DNA of 64,000 nucleotides from an uncultured Anaerolineales bacterium (GTDB lineage Bacteria; Chloroflexota; Anaerolineae; Anaerolineales; UBA11858): NCBI GenBank assembly GCA_964618295.1, contig CAZTWV010000012.1, positions 929 to 64,928 of the forward strand, read 5' to 3'. Shown piece by piece: positions 48,152 to 54,032 of this stretch (position 1 is its first letter; each line of letters starts with the position of its first letter). The notes under the pieces were generated by a model. It saw only the letters and a program-made list of their open reading frames with translations, ran no database searches and was not told where the DNA came from. The position numbers and the translations under genes were made by a program.

Positions 48152-50299
48152 ATGGTTAAGGGGTTCGTTAACCGTTTAAGGGAGCAGGATCGTGCTCAAG
48201 CAATGGTGGAATTCGTCATTGCGCTGCCGATCCTGCTTTTTATAATTTTTGGGATCATTGAATTTGCCCGGATGACCTTTGCCTGGATGGCGGTCCAAAA
48301 TGCAGCCCGTTTCGGCATTCGCTATGCAGTTACGGGGGAGTACAGTGAGATTTACTGTGTGGAGGCGGGAAACCTGCTGGGAGCAGCTCATGTAGCGGCG
48401 GATACAGATGGGGGTGATCCCCAGGACTGCCAGATCCCCGATACCTACCCCGGCGCGGATAAAAACGAAAAAGAACGTGAGCTGATTGACATGGCCCGGC
48501 TCTTTTCCATCCAGGATGCTGCTCTGGGGGGGGGGACTGGTTTATGGCTCCGGCCCAATATTTCCGGGAATTACGAGCAGTACCTGGATAACCATAATGA
48601 TTCATTCATCGGTCTTCCGACCGAGCAGGGTTATTACCATGTGACGGTCTGCAGCAATCGGGATAACCGCTATGGGATGGATTATTCCAACTATGCCATC
48701 CCGCTCTGCAAAGATATGGCCAGCGTGGAGTTGATGGATGATGCTGGAGGACCCGGGGATCGGGTCAAGGTCCGGGTTCAGCATCAGCATCCCTTGTTTT
48801 TGCCCCTGCTGACCAATATCTGGCCTTCGGTTGGATTAAATGCTGAGAGAGACGGAATCGTAGAAAAGTTCCGAACCAGCCGGGTGATAGGGGTTTCTGG
48901 ACCAATCCTTTCTGCCCCGACCTGGACCCAGACACCAACCATCACCCTGACACCTTCGACTACTCCGACACCGACCGAGACAAGTACAGCGACGCCGACT
49001 GAAACACCAACGCCGTCGAACACGCCAATACCAGTTGACTGTGATTTAATCAATATTGTTGACGCTGAAGTTGCCCATTACGGCTTTGGATATTTTATGG
49101 CCCGGATGTCAATTCAGAATGCAAACCCGGTGCCAATCCACCTTTTTCAGGCCGACCAGGGTTGGGAGAAAAATTTTCCCTTCAGGGAAGCCTATGCCTT
49201 CCAATTTAACAGCAGCCCCTTTGAAATTTTGAATGACCCAAATCCTCCGACAATCTGGATCCCAGGTTCCCCGATCGAAATGGTTTCTGGTGATGTGGGG
49301 GATTACATTGCCCTCTTCAATCCGCCCTTCATTCCAGTTTGGGGAGCCACTTCAATTGACCTTACATTTGATGACAACTGTCATAAAACAGTTGGTTTTA
49401 ACATGCCGTCTCCCACACCAACAGAAACTTCGACCATCACACCCACCCCAACCATCACCCCAACCCCGGACTGCAGTCAATACAGCATGACCGGATTTAG
49501 CTTTCAGAATAATGCCATTCAGCAGATGTCGGTTACCAATGGAGATGTGGTGGACACCACCGTGCAGCAAATTCAATTTGATTGGAATTATGCGGAGCAA
49601 TTTGGGAATCTCAACGGTTACCCGAATTTACATGTTGATTTTTTCCGCTGGGATTCGACCGATTTCTTTATGGGAGGAAACAATGACTGGATCCGGGATT
49701 TCAGTTCACCCAGCAGCTGGTCCGGTTCGCTGCCTTTTGACAGCGGGGATTCCTATACCTGGATGATTGATTTTGATGGTGACTGGGGCGGGAGTGGATC
49801 CCTGACCGGAGTGGTCAATAATGATTTTGGTGTGATCATAGATTTCAGCAACGGCTGCCAACTGCGCCGGGACGCTGTTCCTCGGGCTCTGGTGACCTGG
49901 ACACCGACCAATACACCGACAATCACCTATACCCCGTCACCTCCACCCCCGCCAACTTCGACCCCGATTCCGACCTGGACGCCGCTGCCGACAGCTACCC
50001 CGCTGCCGACCTTTACTTTCACACCCTCCTGGACGCCGTCAATCACGCCGTCCCCCACAATTACGAGGACTCCTTCGAACACACCTATCCCACCCACGGC
50101 CAGCAGTACCCCGGTCCCAACCAATACTCCGGTACCGAGCAATACACCGATCCCTACCAACACCTTCACGCCTGTTCCTACAAATTCACCTACAGCAACA
50201 AAAACTAGAACACCGACCCCGGTTCCATCCTGGACTCCTGCCTGCCCATTTGATGATCCGAACTGGCCCTGTCAGCCAACCTGGACACCCGGTCCCTAA
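48152..50299 (+). CDS. Large TadE-headed surface protein with Pro/Thr linkers (paralogue 1, 715 aa)
   Basis: N-terminus AQAMVEFVIALPILLFIIFGIIEFARMTFAWMAVQNAARFGIRYAVTG (TadE domain), then a conserved ~230-aa domain. Three Pro/Thr linkers separate two globular modules. The C-terminus is WTPACPFDDPNWPC. Confidence 0.75.
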   Translation: MVKGFVNRLREQDRAQAMVEFVIALPILLFIIFGIIEFARMTFAWMAVQNAARFGIRYAVTGEYSEIYCVEAGNLLGAAHVAADTDGGDPQDCQIPDTYPGADKNEKERELIDMARLFSIQDAALGGGTGLWLRPNISGNYEQYLDNHNDSFIGLPTEQGYYHVTVCSNRDNRYGMDYSNYAIPLCKDMASVELMDDAGGPGDRVKVRVQHQHPLFLPLLTNIWPSVGLNAERDGIVEKFRTSRVIGVSGPILSAPTWTQTPTITLTPSTTPTPTETSTATPTETPTPSNTPIPVDCDLINIVDAEVAHYGFGYFMARMSIQNANPVPIHLFQADQGWEKNFPFREAYAFQFNSSPFEILNDPNPPTIWIPGSPIEMVSGDVGDYIALFNPPFIPVWGATSIDLTFDDNCHKTVGFNMPSPTPTETSTITPTPTITPTPDCSQYSMTGFSFQNNAIQQMSVTNGDVVDTTVQQIQFDWNYAEQFGNLNGYPNLHVDFFRWDSTDFFMGGNNDWIRDFSSPSSWSGSLPFDSGDSYTWMIDFDGDWGGSGSLTGVVNNDFGVIIDFSNGCQLRRDAVPRALVTWTPTNTPTITYTPSPPPPPTSTPIPTWTPLPTATPLPTFTFTPSWTPSITPSPTITRTPSNTPIPPTASSTPVPTNTPVPSNTPIPTNTFTPVPTNSPTATKTRTPTPVPSWTPACPFDDPNWPCQPTWTPGP

Positions 50300-50337
50300 A
50301 CTGGTTCCTGATCATTACCAGAGGATTTCTGATATCC

Positions 50338-50361
50338 AAGCCCCCCTTTCGGGGGCTTTTT
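50338..50361 (+). terminator. Rho-independent terminator after paralogue 1
   Basis: AAGCCCCC-CTTTC-GGGGGCTT followed by a T-run. Confidence 0.75.
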
Positions 50362-50448
50362 GATGATGGTTAATAGAAATTGTTAGCTCTGTTTCAAGAT
50401 TTGGGCGGGAAAACCATCCCAGCTAACAGGATTGCAAGCTGGAAGGTC

Positions 50449-50476
50449 TTGTCCAGATATCACGGGGTGCTAAACT
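50449..50476 (+). promoter_or_regulatory. Candidate promoter of small secreted protein 1 (TTGTCC-16 nt-TAAACT)
   Basis: Same architecture as at 53476-53503, upstream of the paralogous small gene. Confidence 0.5.
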
Positions 50477-50522
50477 ACAAGCGTAAGGATTGATTTCATT
50501 ATTATGGGCGAGGAAGGCAGTC

Positions 50523-50909
50523 ATGGATTCTAAAACAAGCAGGCAAAAAAAATTCTTTCGCTGGATAGGCATTACTCTGCTGATTGCTGCTGCTACCTAT
50601 GGATTCGCTTCCGCAAATACATTGAATATCACCAATTTATCCGGCCAGGGTTATGGTGTAAAATCAGTTTTTGAGGTCTCCGGCATCGGTTATACTCTTG
50701 ATGTGGAGAACCCCGAATATTTCACTGAAGTCCATTTTAATTTAGATGACCAGGATCAATTAGTCCATGCCGGGGTTTCGATCGAAAAACAATCGGAAGT
50801 TACCTGGGCAGATCAATGCAGAGTTGAAAAATCCGGATACAGCTGCACCTTTGAGCCAAGCATCAATGTCCTGGATGCAGATTGGCTCCATGTTGTTAAA
50901 CTGCGGTAA
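50523..50909 (+). CDS. Small secreted two-Cys protein with a SipW/TasA-type-like signal peptide (paralogue 1)
   Basis: GAGGAAGG RBS. The N-terminus is basic, followed by ITLLIAAATYGFASANTL and a ~100-aa mature part with CRVEKSGYSC. Paralogous to 53555-53938. Confidence 0.62.
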   Translation: MDSKTSRQKKFFRWIGITLLIAAATYGFASANTLNITNLSGQGYGVKSVFEVSGIGYTLDVENPEYFTEVHFNLDDQDQLVHAGVSIEKQSEVTWADQCRVEKSGYSCTFEPSINVLDADWLHVVKLR

Positions 50910-50948
50910 GCATTATCTGTGTTTTTCGGATAGAATGAGGGAAGTGTC

Positions 50949-50974
50949 TGGCGTGGGTGATTCAATCCACGCCA
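50949..50974 (+). other. Hairpin TGGCGTGG-N10-CCACGCCA after small gene 1 (no T-run)
   Basis: The stem sequence is shared with the terminator after small gene 2 (GGCGTGG/CCACGCC). This copy lacks the U-tract. Confidence 0.5.
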
Positions 50975-51066
50975 CTTGGCATATCAAAAAGGCAAAAGTA
51001 ATTACCGATTTATGATGGAAGCCGGGGAAGATGGATGGATCAACCCGTCCAGAAGGGAGAACAAGG

Positions 51067-53283
51067 ATGATCAAAGAATTACTGCAAACGCGCAGAGAAA
51101 AATCGCCGGGTCAGGCTATGACGGAGTTCTTGATTGCTCTTCCGATCCTGCTTTTCCTGCTGTTTGGGATTATCGAATTTGCCCGATTAACCTTTTCCTG
51201 GATGGCTGTGCAGAACGCAGCTCGTTTCGGAATCCGGTATGCGGTAACCGGTGAATATAATGAGATTTACTGCGTAGAGGCTGGCAATCAGCTTGGATCG
51301 GATCACATCAACGCTGATGTCCATAACGGCGATCCGCAGGACTGCATTGTTCCAGATGATTATCCCGGATTAGACAGCAATGACAAGGAACGGGAATTGA
51401 TTGATTTAGCCCGTTTGTATTCCATCCAGGATGCTGCAATCGGGGGAGGCAGCGGACTCTGGGTTGATTTGGGGATTTCCGGTGATTATGAACAGTATCT
51501 TAATCATCATGATATGACATATCTGGGTCAGCCAGAAAAAAACGGTTTTGTTCATGTCACAGTCTGTTCGAACCGGGAAAATAACCGCTATCAGTTTGGC
51601 GATCCAAATCCATTTGATGCAGTGGATCTACCGCTCTGCACCGATAGTTTGAATGGCCACCTGATGGATGATGCCGGGGGTCCCGGTGATCGTGTAAAAG
51701 TTTATGTCCACCATCAGCATCCGCTTTTCCTGCCTTTAATCAGCAATATTTGGCCTAATATGGAGCTGAATGCCGAGCGGGATGGGATTGTAGAAAAATT
51801 CCGCACATCCAGGGTGATTGGTGTCTCCGGTCCGATCTTATCTGCACCGACCTGGACCCTGACTGCTACGATTACGGATACTCCGACCCCGAGCGACACC
51901 CCGCTGCCGACCGATACCCCGACTCCGGTGCCCACGCCGTACAACTGCGCCGGATCAGGAATCTTACGTGAATACTGGACCGGGATCGGGGGCAACGATC
52001 TTTCTAACCTGACGGGGTACTCAAACTATCCGGGATCGCCAGATGGATATTCGTATGAAAGCAGTTTCCAAGCTCCGGTCAACTGGGATGATAACTATGG
52101 TACCCGAATGCGGGCCTGGCTCTGTATTCCAGATCCTGGCAATTACCGCTTCTGGATTTCCAGTGATGATGACAGTCAGCTGAAACTGGACTGCTCCGGG
52201 ACGGACCCGAATATTGTGGGGGATGCCAATCCAGGTGGAGCCGGTCAGATAGCCTATGTCAACGGCTGGACCAGCTACGCTCAATGGAATAAGTACTCCA
52301 GCCAGCGCTCTTCCTGGTTTAATCTCAATAAAGTCGGTTGGGTTTGCTATATTGAGGCAATTCAGAAAGAAGGCGGCGGCGGGGACAGCCTGACGGTAGC
52401 CTGGGAGCGGCCTGGCGGTGGTTCAAGGCAAATTCTTCCGGGCGTATTCCTGGAGCCGGTGTCAGCCATGCCGACCGCGCTGCCGACAGCTACACCAACG
52501 ATTACTCCCACCCCGGACTGCAGCCAGTACACAATCAGTGATTTCAACTTTACCCAATGGGCTATGCAGCATCTCTATGTTCGCAACAATGATATTGTGG
52601 ACACTGATGTAACCCGGATTGAACTGATCTGGGACTATGCGGAGGATTTTGGGGCTGCAAACGGTTACAGCGGTTTACAGGTAGACTGGTTCAAGTGGGC
52701 TGGATCAAATATCGGACCCTCCGGGAATGATTATTCTTCCTCCACGGTCTGGACCGGCAGCCGGAATTTCAACGCGGGCGGGAACTATAAATGGGAGATT
52801 GATTTCGATGGGGACTGGGGAGGCGGGGGTTCGTTGACGGATGTAGTCAGCTCGGATTTTGGGGTGGTAGTAGATTTTGCCAACGGCTGTCAGGTCACCA
52901 AAAACGTTGTGCCACGGTCTATGGTCACCTGGACGCCTTCCTCCACACCCACAGTGACGAACACCGCTACCGCAACTTCCATTCCGACGGCGACATTGAT
53001 TCCAACCCAAACATATACTCCATCGATCACCCCGACCGCATCCAACACGCCGATTCCCCCGACAGCGACTCCACTGCCGCCCACTGCAACGGATCCACCT
53101 CCGGCAACCAATACGCCAATTCTGCCGCCAACTGCTGTTCCTTCAGCAACCTCGGTGCCGGCCACAAACACCCCGCTCCCATCGCTGACACCCAGTTCAA
53201 CAATACCCCCGACCTGGACACCAGCCTGTCCCTTTGACGATCCGAACTGGCCCTGCCATTCTGTTCCAACACCGACACCATAG
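51067..53283 (+). CDS. Large TadE-headed surface protein with Pro/Thr linkers and a PA14-like insert (paralogue 2)
   Basis: N-terminus PGQAMTEFLIALPILLFLLFGIIEFARLTFSWMAVQNAARFGIRYAVTG. The central module (about nt 51943-52455) is PA14/GLEYA-like (REYWTGIGGN...NYGTRMRAWLCIPDPGNYRFWISSDDDSQLKL...GGGDSLTVAWERPGG). The C-terminus is WTPACPFDDPNWPC. Confidence 0.75.
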   Translation: MIKELLQTRREKSPGQAMTEFLIALPILLFLLFGIIEFARLTFSWMAVQNAARFGIRYAVTGEYNEIYCVEAGNQLGSDHINADVHNGDPQDCIVPDDYPGLDSNDKERELIDLARLYSIQDAAIGGGSGLWVDLGISGDYEQYLNHHDMTYLGQPEKNGFVHVTVCSNRENNRYQFGDPNPFDAVDLPLCTDSLNGHLMDDAGGPGDRVKVYVHHQHPLFLPLISNIWPNMELNAERDGIVEKFRTSRVIGVSGPILSAPTWTLTATITDTPTPSDTPLPTDTPTPVPTPYNCAGSGILREYWTGIGGNDLSNLTGYSNYPGSPDGYSYESSFQAPVNWDDNYGTRMRAWLCIPDPGNYRFWISSDDDSQLKLDCSGTDPNIVGDANPGGAGQIAYVNGWTSYAQWNKYSSQRSSWFNLNKVGWVCYIEAIQKEGGGGDSLTVAWERPGGGSRQILPGVFLEPVSAMPTALPTATPTITPTPDCSQYTISDFNFTQWAMQHLYVRNNDIVDTDVTRIELIWDYAEDFGAANGYSGLQVDWFKWAGSNIGPSGNDYSSSTVWTGSRNFNAGGNYKWEIDFDGDWGGGGSLTDVVSSDFGVVVDFANGCQVTKNVVPRSMVTWTPSSTPTVTNTATATSIPTATLIPTQTYTPSITPTASNTPIPPTATPLPPTATDPPPATNTPILPPTAVPSATSVPATNTPLPSLTPSSTIPPTWTPACPFDDPNWPCHSVPTPTP

Positions 53284-53311
53284 CAAATCCAGGTTTCTAA
53301 ATCTGAGATAG

Positions 53312-53340
53312 ACAGCCCTCCCCCGGGAGGGCTGTTTTTG
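53312..53340 (+). terminator. Rho-independent terminator after paralogue 2
   Basis: ACAGCCCTCCC / GGGAGGGCTGT stem followed by TTTTTG. Confidence 0.75.
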
Positions 53341-53443
53341 TACAATTGATGATTTTGGTCTGCCTCCGGTGCGCCCCAGCTAACTTTTCTGTAAGTTTGA
53401 GGTTAAAAACACCTTACAAAACGGCTTTTTGGGCCGAAAATTA

Positions 53444-53473
53444 CCCCAACCTAACAGCATTGTTAGGTTGGGG
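53444..53473. promoter_or_regulatory. Perfect 13-bp inverted repeat abutting the -35 of the small-gene-2 promoter
   Basis: CCCCAACCTAACA-GCAT-TGTTAGGTTGGGG. It ends 2 nt before TTGTCA (53476). Confidence 0.5.
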
Positions 53474-53475
53474 GG

Positions 53476-53503
53476 TTGTCAGAACAGTTTGAGTTGGTAA
53501 ACT
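53476..53503 (+). promoter_or_regulatory. Candidate promoter of small secreted protein 2 (TTGTCA-16 nt-TAAACT)
   Basis: Hexamers at 53476-53481 and 53498-53503, matching the paralogous site at 50449-50476. Confidence 0.55.
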
Positions 53504-53554
53504 GGATGCGCATAGAAAAATAACAAGATCCAATTTTTTTAGTTTGGAGGAAAT

Positions 53555-53938
53555 ATGATGAAACTTTTCAAACAGCGATACAAAATAGCTTTTTTAGTGG
53601 TTTTGGTGTTCACTCTGGCCGCTGCGACCTATGGTTTTGCCGCATCCAACACCGTCCCAGAAACCCGGGCTGGAGAAGGAAACAACACTATCTCCGGTTA
53701 TGTGGTCAGCAATGTGGATTACACGCTGCTGCAGGGGGACCCAACCCAGTTTTCCAGTGTTTCTTTTGATCTGGATAACGCAGCTGATGAGGTGTATGTT
53801 GGTATAGGTTCTACAACGAAAACATACTGGACTGACTGCGGCAACGGCGGTAGCGGGAACAGCTGGACGTGCGACCTGACTGGTTCAACTGTTTCAGTTC
53901 TGGAAGCGGTTTCTTTAAACGTCTCATCGGCCGATTGA
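53555..53938 (+). CDS. Small secreted two-Cys protein with a SipW/TasA-type-like signal peptide (paralogue 2)
   Basis: GGAGGA RBS. FTLAAATYGFAASNTVPETRAGEG, then a mature part with WTDCGNGGSGNSWTC. Confidence 0.65.
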   Translation: MMKLFKQRYKIAFLVVLVFTLAAATYGFAASNTVPETRAGEGNNTISGYVVSNVDYTLLQGDPTQFSSVSFDLDNAADEVYVGIGSTTKTYWTDCGNGGSGNSWTCDLTGSTVSVLEAVSLNVSSAD

Positions 53939-53973
53939 TCTACCTTGCAGCTGCAGGCTTGATCATGATAATC

Positions 53974-54008
53974 AAAGGCGTGGCTTCCGATAGAAACCAC
54001 GCCTTTTT
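53974..54008 (+). terminator. Rho-independent terminator/attenuator between small gene 2 and the peptidase-EAL gene
   Basis: AAAGGCGTGG-N13-CCACGCCTTT plus TTTTT. Only 24 nt remain before GTG 54033, so the downstream gene probably depends on read-through. Confidence 0.7.
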
Positions 54009-54032
54009 CCCTGGTAGAGACCGGATAAAACT

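Larger units (their letters stand above)
48152..54008 (+). repeat. Diverged tandem duplication of a two-gene module (large TadE-headed protein, terminator, promoter, small secreted protein, GGCGTGG hairpin)
   Basis: Unit 1 is 48152-50975 and unit 2 is 51067-54008. The protein N-terminal ~270 aa and the C-terminal modules are colinear and similar. The two units also share the promoter (TTGTCN-16-TAAACT) and the hairpin stems. Confidence 0.8.

Noticed and set aside
48784-49053. Gly/Val-rich minus-strand ORFs (also 49927-50169, 51714-51995, 52890-53345)
   Set aside because: They are reverse-complement readings of the Pro/Thr linker codons (ACN/CCN gives GGN/NGT). This is an artefact of low-complexity coding DNA.
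50976-51254. 92-aa ORF spanning the start of TadE paralogue 2
   Set aside because: It is out of frame with the conserved TadE-head coding frame, which aligns residue-for-residue with paralogue 1.
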